From an uncultured virus (IMG/VR IMGVR_UViG_3300005080_000002) (Duplodnaviria; Heunggongvirae; Uroviricota; Caudoviricetes): a stretch of 64,000 bases of DNA. The notes beneath the pieces were generated by a model that was not told the origin of the DNA, did not search any database, and was given only the letters and a program-made list of their open reading frames with translations. Where the stretch lies: IMG/VR virus record IMGVR_UViG_3300005080_000002; one strand, 5' to 3'. A program made the translations under genes and the position numbers. Shown in pieces: positions 1 to 9,847 of the stretch. Each line of letters begins with the position of its first letter. Positions within the stretch are counted from its first letter, which is position 1.

Positions 1-1
1 C

Positions 2-2113
2 GGCGCGTTCAATCGTTCCCCGCAATGGAACTCCAACTATCGCACATTTACTAACAGCAAGATCGTTAGAAGTGGCGATGATATCGTTAACTTTATTACG
101 GAATATAACGAGTCGACTAAGAAACCCGGATACACGTTCGCTTATGTAAACGGATACCGCGTTAAAACACTTACGCTCGACAACGTAAAGGTTTGGGACT
201 ACGTGGAATACTTCCACGACGGTCTGGTTCGGGAAGTGGTGGAATTCAATGCACATCAACTCCCGTCGTTTACTTCCATCCTGGACAAGAAGAAGAAATA
301 TATTCTTCACCCGCCCAAAAAGCGTGAAACCCAGGACTTCATCAACGATGTGGAAATCTACGCCTTCCACCAGGCTGGCCAAGGTCGTTATTTCCATGTC
401 AATCAGGCCGATGCACTGCGCCAGCTGACGCACCGTGACTTCTCTATCGACTCATCCAAGATCGTTAAAATGATTACGGATGAAGGGTGGAGAAATATCA
501 ACGAGGTTAAGGTCCGGCTTTATATACGTCGTAGCGGTATCGATAAGCCTTTAATTTTTGAGGCTAATCGTATCCACGAGCTGTATAAGCTTAAGGACGC
601 TGAGATACTGGCGGCGATGACCGGCACCAATGCGGTGGTTAAGAACTGGCGGGCTGACGAACTGGAGAAGTGCGCCTATAGCCGACTGATGGCAGCAATG
701 CCTATCAACCTCACCAAAGAGCTGGCAACGGCAGCCTATGGCTATAACTCCATCAGTTCACTGGCAGCGATGACGCCGCAGGATGTAATCGAGAGTCCTG
801 CCGGCAACTACGTTATCCTCCCACCATTGTTGGCTCGAAATGCCACGGTGTACGAGTACGATGCGAATGGTCTGCTGCTCGGCTTCTATCATCATCTGGA
901 GCCTCTGGTAGACCAATACAAGTGTCGCCATGCTGCGGCCGTGCGGATAGAGGCGATCGAAGGTCGCGGTTCCAACCAGCTCGATATAGACTGGAATGCG
1001 GCGGACTACGTCGTAGAGCCTGGGTACAACTACCGCTTCTATGTCGAGAAATTGCTCTCTGGCAATGGGACTATGGAATTCGAGGACGTCACTGACACCG
1101 ATGCTTATCGCATCGACCTCGAAGGTAAGGTAATCTGGAATGTTGATCATACCAGACGTCGTCCGGTCATCTGGAAGGACTCACGCTTTACCGCGTACGA
1201 GTTCACTGAGGATGCGTACGACGGCACCTACAAGTTCTCCATGCAAACCTACAACCCGGTATTGAAGGCGAACGTTCCGCTCAGGTTCTGCCATGAGACA
1301 TTGGAAGTGTGGCTGAATGGTAAGTCACTGATTGCTGGATTGGACTTTGTTGTCAATTGGCCGCAGGTAGTGATTTGTAACAAGGAGTATCTGCATGATA
1401 TCTCCGAGTACCACAAGCCGAAGATCGTTGTGCGTGGTCGCAATATGGCCAAGGAATACACCCCACCGAAGTTTGGTTATGTCATCAATGGCATGCTGAG
1501 CAACAATACCCGTTTCGACGTTCGTGACGATAAAGTTGTTCGTATCAGTGTTGCCGGCGCTATGAAAGCGCGCAGTGACGTTATCTTCCGTGAGGATACT
1601 GCGATTACGCTCAAAGGCGTGGTCAACGGCCAGCCGTACGTTATTGATGATCCACTCATCCCACTGCGTACAATTCCATCCAGGGACACCTACCCGATGC
1701 GGGTAGAGGCGAAAGCCATCGATGTGAAAGTCGAGGACTATCTGTCGGTGAAAATCCCTCAACCGCCTGGACTGGTTCATAACCCGATTCCTAAGAAGCA
1801 TCAGCTCATTAGCCCACTGCTCAATAAGCTGGTACATGATCTCATCAACGAGATCCTGATTCCGACGGAAGACCCTGACCGTGATTTCATCTCTGCTGAA
1901 GAGATGGACGCACTGATGGAAAACTACAAGTACCTGATCGAATACGACCCTGTAATTCAGGGAGTCGATACCCGTTATGTGGAGATTCATCCGCACGATG
2001 GGGAAACGTTGGTTCTGTTGCGCCCATTGCACTACTCGATCATCGAGCGGGCTAACAAGACCTACCTGAACGAACAGGTCGTCATCAACAAGCTCATCAA
2101 CGTACAGGTGTAA
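2..2113 (+). CDS. Virion structural protein (phiKZ gp27-like), 5'-truncated by the window edge
   Basis: Frame is open from position 2 through the listed GTG at 203, so the gene starts outside the window. It lies in a tightly packed run ahead of terminase, as in phiKZ-like phages. Confidence 0.6.
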   Translation, partial: GAFNRSPQWNSNYRTFTNSKIVRSGDDIVNFITEYNESTKKPGYTFAYVNGYRVKTLTLDNVKVWDYVEYFHDGLVREVVEFNAHQLPSFTSILDKKKKYILHPPKKRETQDFINDVEIYAFHQAGQGRYFHVNQADALRQLTHRDFSIDSSKIVKMITDEGWRNINEVKVRLYIRRSGIDKPLIFEANRIHELYKLKDAEILAAMTGTNAVVKNWRADELEKCAYSRLMAAMPINLTKELATAAYGYNSISSLAAMTPQDVIESPAGNYVILPPLLARNATVYEYDANGLLLGFYHHLEPLVDQYKCRHAAAVRIEAIEGRGSNQLDIDWNAADYVVEPGYNYRFYVEKLLSGNGTMEFEDVTDTDAYRIDLEGKVIWNVDHTRRRPVIWKDSRFTAYEFTEDAYDGTYKFSMQTYNPVLKANVPLRFCHETLEVWLNGKSLIAGLDFVVNWPQVVICNKEYLHDISEYHKPKIVVRGRNMAKEYTPPKFGYVINGMLSNNTRFDVRDDKVVRISVAGAMKARSDVIFREDTAITLKGVVNGQPYVIDDPLIPLRTIPSRDTYPMRVEAKAIDVKVEDYLSVKIPQPPGLVHNPIPKKHQLISPLLNKLVHDLINEILIPTEDPDRDFISAEEMDALMENYKYLIEYDPVIQGVDTRYVEIHPHDGETLVLLRPLHYSIIERANKTYLNEQVVINKLINVQV

Positions 2114-2114
2114 T

Positions 2115-3788
2115 ATGAGTAATAATGAACATACGCATCCTGGCGGAGTAGGTGTGCCGGTCTATGAGCCGGCACGTCCGTGGCGTTGGATCCATGAGAG
2201 CGATCTCTACACTGGCCCTACCGGTAAGGGCCAGATCTTTCCAAACGTTCGCGACTACATCGCCTACGACAGCGGTTACGTAAAACGCTGTATTGAAGCC
2301 GACGGGACCAACTTTACTTACAAGCTGGTCGATTGGGTTCCGATTACCGTGGGTAACAAGAATCCTATCATCGGCGGATGTGCGCCGAGTAAGTCCGAAA
2401 CCTTCCGTGTTTTGATCGACCCCACCAAACACCCCTATACACTTCGTGTAGACCCGAGACTGGCCTGGGGTGGTGTTGACCTGGACTCGCTCGCGGTATT
2501 CCGTGGTAGTGATTACAGCGACAGCGGTGAGCGTATCTCGGCAGTTTATGAAAACGGCCAGGTCACGAGCGACAACATTCCACTCGTACTTCGTGAAGTC
2601 GATAACGTGGATAACATCTGTACCTACGTTGCCGGTAAAGGCATTGCTAAATCACTGCCTAAAAACGGCGAACGCGGTATCGTTGTTGTTTATGATGACA
2701 CGCATGAAGTTGCATCCTATTGCGAGATTATCTTCGTCCTGACCAATGTGATCATGGCCGCTGAGAATCCGTCCAAGCAGGTGCTCGACCTCAAGCTGAA
2801 ATCTCCGTTCATTTCGCCCGCCGATGAGAACGTGCTGATGCTCCCCATCAACATTCCGCTGGATGACATCCCGTTGTCTGTCGAAGTGGTTTACAACGAT
2901 GGTCGTCGCATTATGCCGGTGGATGGTAACCGTGTGCGGCTGACCGGCCTTCGTAACTCCGGTGCTCACGATACCTTCTTCATCAGTACCCAGCTCGGCC
3001 AGACGCTACCTCTTCAGCTGGCCTACACGCTCGCTAAAGGCGAGTCGTACGTGGGCGCTGATTTGATTGACGGTGTCATCTGTCGCGATTACGAGGCAGT
3101 TACCGAGGCAGTTAAGGGTGCATACAGCCTCAAGCTGTTTGTGGTACCTCGTTGGCTCGACGCTGGTCGCGGTTATCGTCTCGAGTATTATCTGCTGAAC
3201 CTGGATCGTGGTACCGCCATTCTGGCGACCAACTACGTGAAGCCGGCAGTCAATGCACCAATCTTTGACCCGACGCTGTACGGTACTCGTCAGCGCTTGC
3301 AAGTCAATATCGATGCAAGTAAGGCCAGCTCCATCTATGTCCCGCACATCCACAGTCAATCGTTCGCGATTACACTGCTGGCACCGGGCACGGATAAGCG
3401 CGATAACTTCCTGATTGAATACCATCAGAACCAGCCTGAATTTGGCGCGGGCTGCTTTGCCAAGTTCCGCTTTGACAACGTCACCTTCTGGATGCTCGAC
3501 ATCCGTTGCGGTGCGACCAGCAAAGCAGAGTGGCTGGAGAAGCTCTATCGTAAAGTCTATCCGCTGTTTGACCAACGTACCGAAGATAAAGCGCCTGACC
3601 CGACCCATATGGAAATCGTGACAGGTACTAAGTCGTACATCATGTCCGTTGATCAATGGGTGGCCCCGTTCCACATTGACTTCCAAGTCAATGAAGGGGA
3701 GACCATTCAGATCAAGTGGATCAAACGTACGCCGACGGATGACCTCATTCTCGGTATTACGCCGCTGGTCTGCCATCAGATGGCATAA
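2115..3788 (+). CDS. Virion structural protein (phiKZ gp26-like), 557 aa
   Basis: Long beta-rich ORF starting 1 nt after the previous stop. Function inferred from synteny with terminase only. Confidence 0.55.
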   Translation: MSNNEHTHPGGVGVPVYEPARPWRWIHESDLYTGPTGKGQIFPNVRDYIAYDSGYVKRCIEADGTNFTYKLVDWVPITVGNKNPIIGGCAPSKSETFRVLIDPTKHPYTLRVDPRLAWGGVDLDSLAVFRGSDYSDSGERISAVYENGQVTSDNIPLVLREVDNVDNICTYVAGKGIAKSLPKNGERGIVVVYDDTHEVASYCEIIFVLTNVIMAAENPSKQVLDLKLKSPFISPADENVLMLPINIPLDDIPLSVEVVYNDGRRIMPVDGNRVRLTGLRNSGAHDTFFISTQLGQTLPLQLAYTLAKGESYVGADLIDGVICRDYEAVTEAVKGAYSLKLFVVPRWLDAGRGYRLEYYLLNLDRGTAILATNYVKPAVNAPIFDPTLYGTRQRLQVNIDASKASSIYVPHIHSQSFAITLLAPGTDKRDNFLIEYHQNQPEFGAGCFAKFRFDNVTFWMLDIRCGATSKAEWLEKLYRKVYPLFDQRTEDKAPDPTHMEIVTGTKSYIMSVDQWVAPFHIDFQVNEGETIQIKWIKRTPTDDLILGITPLVCHQMA

Positions 3789-3819
3789 GCTAAGGGGCCT
3801 CGTGCCCCTTACGCTTTTT
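3789..3819 (+). terminator. Rho-independent terminator-like hairpin
   Basis: taaggggc-ctcgt-gcccctta followed by cgctttttt. Confidence 0.6.
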
Positions 3820-3839
3820 ATATAGGAGTAGAAAAAACT

Positions 3840-5951
3840 ATGATCCTAAGACGATCAGACTGGGCTTTCTACCCCGACGCAGTCTATGACCTCAATACCA
3901 ACAATGAAAGCTTTCTAAAGCTTGCATTTATCCATAGAGAGCTCGGGGTTAAAGAATGGTATTTGTGTCTTGCATTGACACTCCCCGAACTTTCTGGGGT
4001 TAATCCGCACAGTTCCGGTTTGGACTTTGAAACCAAGACCAAGATCTCCTATGAGATGATTGACAACTTCTGGTATTACTTCCGTGAGGTAGCCAGAGTT
4101 CCGCAAGACGGTGGCGACCCAACACCATTTGGCATACATCGTGGTTCGTTTGCTCTTTACTGGGCATTCTTCAACAACATCGACGTGGCGCTACTTCTTA
4201 TCCGTCAGCAAGGTAAGACAGTGGCCGTTGCTGAGCTGTTAGTTTATCTAAAACGAACCCTACGCGGTGCGCGTACGATTCTTATGACACGTGGTTCGGA
4301 TCTGCGTATTGAAACCATTTCGAAGATGAAACAGATACGGGATGAGCTCCCTCAATATCTGTGGAAACATTCAAGAGATGATGCCGACAATACGGAGTCA
4401 TTTACCTATGTAGCACGCGACACTAAACTGATCACGTGTATTGCGCAGAACAGTGCTGAAGCGGCATTGTCTGCTGGCCGGGGACTAACCACTCCCAGAC
4501 TCTTTAGTGATGAAACGGCCTTTACTAAATTCATTCGTATCATGCTGCCAGCGGCATTGGGTGCGGGTACTACTGCACGCCGTAATGCCGAATCTGCCGG
4601 TATTCCATATGGGAACGTGTTCACTACAACGCCTGGTAAACGGGATGAGCCTGACGGCAAATTTGTTTATGACATGTTCCACGGAGGCTACTTCTGGGAC
4701 GAGAAGCTTATTGACATACCAACGCGTCAGGAGCTGATCGATTACATCAACCGAAACTCTACGGGTGACCGTACACTTCTTCATGCGCCGTTTACGCACC
4801 GTCAATTAGGCATGACTGACCATGAGCTGTATAAGGCCATGGCTAACGCCGGTGGTACTTATGAAGAAAAGCTCCGTGACTACGGTCTTCAATGGACTGC
4901 TGGTAGTCTGATGTCTCCTCTCACCGTAGAGGAAGCAGAGACTATTCGTAAGAGTCTTGAGGTGCCGAAGTACCTGGAGATTTGCAAGGGTAACTATATC
5001 ATCAAATGGTATTACCCTGAACACGAAATTGCAGAAAGGCTTAAGGTAAAACATATCATCGGTCTGGATACATCAGATGCAGTAGGCCGCGATGCTATCT
5101 CGTTTGTCATGATCAACTCTGAAACGTTGGAAACAGCGGCGACGTGTGTGGTGAACGAGAGTAACCTCGTGGTCTATGCTAACTGGTTAGCCGACGTGAT
5201 GATTCGTTATACGGATACAATCTTGGTTATCGAACGTAAGTCGAGTGCCCCTACCATGATTGACACCTTACTGCTGAAGCTTCCGGCTAAGGGTATTGAC
5301 CCATGCCGTAGGCTTTACAATGCCATTGTACAGAAACGTGACGATGGTGATGGCGACCTCATTACTTGGCAACGCATGCGCAAGCCCGGTAATGATAGTT
5401 TTTACGATATCTATCGTAAACACTTCGGCTTTGTCACTACTGGGGCTTTACGTGACAATCTTTACTCAGACACCCTAAAGAACGCGGTGAAAATCGCGGG
5501 CAAGAATCTGCGGGACAAAACGCTGGGTAATGAACTGCTGGCGCTCGTCATTAAGAATGACCGTATTGACCACAAGGCCAGCGGCCACGATGACTGTGTT
5601 ATCGCATGGCTAATGGCGTGTTGGTTCATGTTTTACGGGAGGCGCTTGGACTTTTACGGCGTGTCAAATAAGATCCTCATGAAGAGGCAGTGGATTCATG
5701 CTGAAGGTGGGGATTTTGACGAAGCCGAACTTCTCAGGGAAGAGGAAGAACAGAGGGAGATCGCATCTGAAATCGACGTGCTCTGTACTGCGATTGCTGG
5801 AACACGATCACCTTATCTTAAAACAACTTTGGAGCGACAGTTACGTGTTAAACTCAGCCAGCTCCGGCTTGATACCAGTCAAGCCTCGACTATCGCTGAG
5901 TTACAGGAACTGATACGTAACGAGAAGATCAAAACGAGGTATCTCTCATGA
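3840..5951 (+). CDS. terL: Terminase large subunit
   Basis: Walker A LIRQQGKT, Walker B LFSDE, motif III FTTTP, nuclease motifs IIGLDTSD and GHDDCVIA. AGGAG ribosome-binding site upstream. Confidence 0.93.
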   Translation: MILRRSDWAFYPDAVYDLNTNNESFLKLAFIHRELGVKEWYLCLALTLPELSGVNPHSSGLDFETKTKISYEMIDNFWYYFREVARVPQDGGDPTPFGIHRGSFALYWAFFNNIDVALLLIRQQGKTVAVAELLVYLKRTLRGARTILMTRGSDLRIETISKMKQIRDELPQYLWKHSRDDADNTESFTYVARDTKLITCIAQNSAEAALSAGRGLTTPRLFSDETAFTKFIRIMLPAALGAGTTARRNAESAGIPYGNVFTTTPGKRDEPDGKFVYDMFHGGYFWDEKLIDIPTRQELIDYINRNSTGDRTLLHAPFTHRQLGMTDHELYKAMANAGGTYEEKLRDYGLQWTAGSLMSPLTVEEAETIRKSLEVPKYLEICKGNYIIKWYYPEHEIAERLKVKHIIGLDTSDAVGRDAISFVMINSETLETAATCVVNESNLVVYANWLADVMIRYTDTILVIERKSSAPTMIDTLLLKLPAKGIDPCRRLYNAIVQKRDDGDGDLITWQRMRKPGNDSFYDIYRKHFGFVTTGALRDNLYSDTLKNAVKIAGKNLRDKTLGNELLALVIKNDRIDHKASGHDDCVIAWLMACWFMFYGRRLDFYGVSNKILMKRQWIHAEGGDFDEAELLREEEEQREIASEIDVLCTAIAGTRSPYLKTTLERQLRVKLSQLRLDTSQASTIAELQELIRNEKIKTRYLS

Positions 5952-6160
5952 GTACACAGCTTGTAGTTATGATTGCAATAGTCATAAATGCACTGTTGTT
6001 GTTACTGTGTGTACACTCAACTATGGGTGTTCGCAAAATGGTGATTGCGCATTTCGGACAGGTAAGTCGCTATATTACACCAAGTCTGTCTGTAGGTTTC
6101 GTGCTCATCGCAGGTTTCATCAACAGCTACATTCACAGTGTGTACGCTATTCTCCAATAA
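5948..6160 (+). CDS. Small two-transmembrane-helix protein, 70 aa
   Basis: ATGA overlap with the terminase stop, two long hydrophobic stretches, followed by a terminator. Confidence 0.6.
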   Translation: MSTQLVVMIAIVINALLLLLCVHSTMGVRKMVIAHFGQVSRYITPSLSVGFVLIAGFINSYIHSVYAILQ

Positions 6161-6170
6161 TAGCCCCAAG

Positions 6171-6202
6171 AGCTAGTAGGCGAAAGCCTACTAGCCTTTT
6201 TG
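6171..6202 (+). terminator. Rho-independent terminator
   Basis: gctagtaggc-gaaa-gcctactagc with a GNRA loop, then a T run. Confidence 0.85.
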
Positions 6203-6215
6203 CTCCAACTTTGAA

Positions 6216-6247
6216 TAAAAAAGATTTCAGACATATATTACCTTGGT
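6216..6247 (+). promoter_or_regulatory. Phage early (virion-RNAP) promoter
   Basis: aaaaaagatttcagacaTATATTAC; exact match to the phiKZ early core TATATTAC (6234-6241). Related copies occur at five other intergenic sites. Confidence 0.75.
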
Positions 6248-6298
6248 GAGATTAGATACTAATCTTAGTACCTTCTAACGATCGCTAAGGAGATAGCT

Positions 6299-6577
6299 AT
6301 GATCCCGTCCTATGATAAAGCAATTGAATGCGGCATCAAAGACCAATCTGTTCGCATTCCTGGACTGGGTGTAGTACCGTCCTATAAGGGCAGTGCCTAC
6401 ATCCACATTGATGGTCGTGTATACCACGCCATCGGTTTTCCTGCCGTAGTAGTCGGCAACAAACTGGTATCGAATGGTTATATCGATATCCAACGTATCA
6501 AACATCCCGCCGCTGCCACGGCTAAGAAGGAGACCTCCGGCTTTAGCCTGGGCAGGTTTCTTGGGTTTGCATTCTAA
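6299..6577 (+). CDS. Hypothetical early protein, 92 aa
   Basis: AGGGAG RBS, directly downstream of an early promoter motif. Confidence 0.7.
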   Translation: MIPSYDKAIECGIKDQSVRIPGLGVVPSYKGSAYIHIDGRVYHAIGFPAVVVGNKLVSNGYIDIQRIKHPAAATAKKETSGFSLGRFLGFAF

Positions 6578-6594
6578 CAATGAGGAAGAGTAAT

Positions 6595-6717
6595 ATGTCT
6601 AATCGTGAACTGCTCAAACGAGTTAAGTCTGATCTCTCAAATCAGTCCCAGGGAGCTGCTAACTGGAAACTTCAGCAGCAAAGAGAACGCACTAAGAGTA
6701 AGCCTAAGCTGCCATGA
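6595..6717 (+). CDS. Small basic hypothetical protein, 40 aa (not in the ORF track)
   Basis: GAGG RBS, ATG at 6595. Translates MSNRELLKRVKSDLSNQSQGAANWKLQQQRERTKSKPKLP. Confidence 0.55.
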   Translation: MSNRELLKRVKSDLSNQSQGAANWKLQQQRERTKSKPKLP

Positions 6718-6808
6718 TGGCTTATGGCTTCCTAAGTATACCCTTAAGTGCGTTTAGGAAGTGTTAATCCCGTGGCCGTAATGGCTTAATCTAGTGATGG
6801 AGTAAATA

Positions 6809-7612
6809 ATGATTACAATCGATTTGAATTCCTACAATGTGGATGGATTCGTGCCCGGTGAACTGGCCCTGCAAATGCATGGCGATGGCGGATACCTTAA
6901 CGTAAAGTTAGTCAAGGGTATGTTCGTGGGAAGTTGTCGGATCTACTTCCCTGGCGAAGATAATCCTATCGCCATAGTAGTCCCCACCGCCGGCGTTTTC
7001 ACGCAGGCAGACTTGCACATTCCGATATACAACGCCCTGAACTGGATGCTGAGCGCGTTGTCTGTAAAGATCAGCTACGCCACTAACGTGGTAGGTACCT
7101 ACCTCCTCCAGCGCTTCAAAGACGAAACCGGCATCGATTTTGAAAACGCACTGATCATGGAGGAGCTCACACGACTGCGTGAAGAACTCCTCCTGGCCGA
7201 GCCCATCGCTCACCGACTGCCGGAGGCTGGGACCGCCATCTCCCTGCCCGGTCTCGTTATCAAGTATAACGACATGCGCTTCCTCGTAAACGAGCGCTGG
7301 GGTGTGATCGGGGATTTGGGTGCCATCGGTAGCCATCGGGGTGGACGGACGATCGGTACGTTCTTCCGACCGAACGTAGTGCTGACTCTGAAATCGCTGG
7401 CATACGACGTGGACTTGTCGGCAATCGCACCGTACGACTTGATCGGACTGATCGACAACTACGCCGAAATGGCTCGTAGCATCGAAAACGACGTCCTCGG
7501 TGACCGTCGTGGCAGACGCGAGCGCAGTCGCGAACGCGAGCGTGGCTCACGTAGTCTCAGTGACGATCGTGATGACCATGAGCGTCCTGGTCGCGGTACT
7601 CGCGGCCGGTAA
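6809..7612 (+). CDS. Hypothetical protein with Arg/Glu/Asp-rich C-terminal tail, 267 aa
   Basis: GGAG RBS; tail DRRGRRERSRERERGSRSLSDDRDDHERPGRGTRGR; ends at a terminator. Confidence 0.8.
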   Translation: MITIDLNSYNVDGFVPGELALQMHGDGGYLNVKLVKGMFVGSCRIYFPGEDNPIAIVVPTAGVFTQADLHIPIYNALNWMLSALSVKISYATNVVGTYLLQRFKDETGIDFENALIMEELTRLREELLLAEPIAHRLPEAGTAISLPGLVIKYNDMRFLVNERWGVIGDLGAIGSHRGGRTIGTFFRPNVVLTLKSLAYDVDLSAIAPYDLIGLIDNYAEMARSIENDVLGDRRGRRERSRERERGSRSLSDDRDDHERPGRGTRGR

Positions 7613-7618
7613 AACAAA

Positions 7619-7653
7619 TAAAAAGCAGGGGCCCGAAGGCCCCTCTTTTTTTT
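7619..7653. terminator. Bidirectional terminator between convergent genes
   Basis: A run, aggggcc-cgaa-ggcccct, T run. Confidence 0.8.
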
Positions 7654-7657
7654 GCCT

Positions 7658-8980
7658 TTATTTGTACTGGTTTGATGCCAAAGCCCGCAGGAGGAAATAA
7701 AGCATCAGGGAACTTCTCGCAGAAGCCAATGCGGCAGATGAACGCAGGTGGCTATTCTTTTTAACGAACTTCTCAATGCGTGAACGCAATTCCAAAAGCA
7801 GTGGGTCGGATGTTTTAGACGACATATACAGCGCTTTCATCTTGATGAGGATAGCACCGACGTCGTTAAAACGCACGCGGTTCTTGGCGATATAATCGAA
7901 TGCATGCAGGAGGGTATTCTCCATCATCCACTCAATCTCCCGCCGTTCTTTACCTTCCGGCGCCCGAGCGATGGTTTGCAGCAAACTGATAAACGCGTTC
8001 TCGGATACCGACGTCATCAGTTTAAGCACAACATCAATCAGATCGCGTTTGATGAAACTGGCTTCGTTACCGGAAACATCAAACAAGTAATAGCGGGCTG
8101 TGTTGTAAGCACTCACCTGATCTTTGATGATCTTATCCCCATCCATCGACAACATGGTTGATGAAGTGGACTGGATACGCAGGTTACCTCGACGGACGTT
8201 ATCGAGCACACCGTACATATCAATGATCGTACCTTTGGAACGTGTCTGAAGGTCGGTGATAATACGAGTTACTGCCATGTCGTCGGCGAACTGTTTGAGC
8301 GGTTTATAGCGAATGCTGTCAGGCGCAATCAAACGCTCTCCACGGTCGCGCATCAGTGCGCCCCAGCTACCTAGTTGCTTAAGAGCAAACTTAAGCGTAA
8401 GGGCCGCATAGGTGGCTTCTGCGGCATCTTGGTCTACAGGCTTAGCAAAGAAGTTGTACCAGATAGAGGTGTAGAACTTGAACTGGAGTACCACAGCTGC
8501 TTCGATCATTGCCTCTTGTGCCAGCTTGTCATTGGCGATAGACGATACGAGCAGGCGATGGATTACCCAGATACAACTCAAGTTGAAGGGATCCGAGGCT
8601 ACTTTCCAGTCCGTGTTCAGATAGTTGGTAGAGTGAACACACTCGCGGAGATATTCTTCATCAATGCCAAGGACCTCATCAAACCAACGATTCCGATCGG
8701 CATCTAAGAACTTGATGCGTTCTACGCCAAGAAGGTTACCGCCAAAGAAACGGATATGGTCATCGTTTTTGGTGGCGAGGTTCTTGCTGTAGGAAATAAC
8801 CGCCTTAGCGAGTTTAGCGTTACCTACGACATCCCCTGCGGCTTCCTCGAAAGCTTCGCGAAGGGTGGCATACTTAACACCAGAAGGTTGGTCTATCGCT
8901 TCTAAACCTGGACTCTTGGGACTGAACCCACCAGCAAAGGCTGAGAATGCGGCTAACGTCTTTTCAAACGGCATTGTCAA
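7658..8980 (-). CDS. Conserved head-associated protein (phiKZ gp32-like), about 440 aa
   Basis: Long ORF with an N-terminal G-L-E prohead-protease-type site (PGLEA). Assignment mainly by size and synteny. Confidence 0.5.
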   Translation of the reverse strand: MTMPFEKTLAAFSAFAGGFSPKSPGLEAIDQPSGVKYATLREAFEEAAGDVVGNAKLAKAVISYSKNLATKNDDHIRFFGGNLLGVERIKFLDADRNRWFDEVLGIDEEYLRECVHSTNYLNTDWKVASDPFNLSCIWVIHRLLVSSIANDKLAQEAMIEAAVVLQFKFYTSIWYNFFAKPVDQDAAEATYAALTLKFALKQLGSWGALMRDRGERLIAPDSIRYKPLKQFADDMAVTRIITDLQTRSKGTIIDMYGVLDNVRRGNLRIQSTSSTMLSMDGDKIIKDQVSAYNTARYYLFDVSGNEASFIKRDLIDVVLKLMTSVSENAFISLLQTIARAPEGKERREIEWMMENTLLHAFDYIAKNRVRFNDVGAILIKMKALYMSSKTSDPLLLELRSRIEKFVKKNSHLRSSAALASARSSLMLYFLLRALASNQYK

Positions 8981-8991
8981 TTCCTCATAGT

Positions 8992-9023
8992 TAAAAACTT
9001 TTCAGGCATATGTTATCTGAGTG
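8992..9023 (+). promoter_or_regulatory. Phage early promoter
   Basis: aaaaacttttcaggcaTATGTTATc-tgagtg, matching the repeated motif. Confidence 0.65.
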
Positions 9024-9061
9024 AAGTTAACGTTGTAATTCAATTAATTGGAGCCCTAACC

Positions 9062-9838
9062 ATGAATTTCATCGCGTCCAACCGTGCTGCTTTTAACCGT
9101 GATTTCGAGAACGGTTATATTAGCAACATCAGAGTTATGGTAAAACCGACCGGAGTCATTTGCTACGTCGACAGTATCAACGGCGTAACAAACCTGCACA
9201 ACGGATCGACGCATCTAGTAAACGATGCGCTATCATCAGCGCTGGCGAGAGCCGGGATATATGGTTGGGTACTCGTGCATGCCCGCGACGTACCTCGTGT
9301 CACCAGCAAATGGCTGACATACAACCTCAACAAACTCCCGCTTGAGGAGTGGGCAAGTAGTCTTGTCGTGTATACCTTTGGGCAGGACCTCAGCGATTAT
9401 GATTTAACGTCATTACCGTTCGAGGTTAAACCACTGGAACTGGAAAATATAGATGACGGGATATCATCTATCCTTTCAAAGTACAGCCACGACATGGCTT
9501 TTGACGGACTGATAATTTCAGCCCTCAATAAAATCAAGGGTGAGGTCTTCTATAAGATTCTCCCCAATCGGGTAACTCCAGCCAAAATCGTTGCCGTTGG
9601 CACCGGACGAGGCGGTAAAATAACAAGTCTGATCGTGGAAACAAACCACGACGGTAAAGATTACGTAGTGAACGTGGCGTCGATTCCCAGCTGGATTAAG
9701 GAGACCGCTGTCTACCGATATCGAAATAAGTTTATCGGTGGTGAGGTTGAGCTCTCATATACCTCTTTTAATCCTGGGGATCGAATTAAGAATTTCAGTA
9801 GTCCGGCCATCACATCGGTTCCGGCAGTAGACCTCTAA
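9062..9838 (+). CDS. Divergent ATP-dependent DNA ligase-like / covalent nucleotidyltransferase-fold protein, 258 aa
   Basis: Ordered motif remnants: I VKPTG (KxDG), III IYGWV, IIIa VVYTFG, IV FDGLII, V FYKILP. These are followed by an OB-like region AKIVAVGTGRGGKITSLIVE...IGGEVELSY...FSSP. Confidence 0.55.
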   Translation: MNFIASNRAAFNRDFENGYISNIRVMVKPTGVICYVDSINGVTNLHNGSTHLVNDALSSALARAGIYGWVLVHARDVPRVTSKWLTYNLNKLPLEEWASSLVVYTFGQDLSDYDLTSLPFEVKPLELENIDDGISSILSKYSHDMAFDGLIISALNKIKGEVFYKILPNRVTPAKIVAVGTGRGGKITSLIVETNHDGKDYVVNVASIPSWIKETAVYRYRNKFIGGEVELSYTSFNPGDRIKNFSSPAITSVPAVDL

Positions 9839-9847
9839 GGAGGGAAT

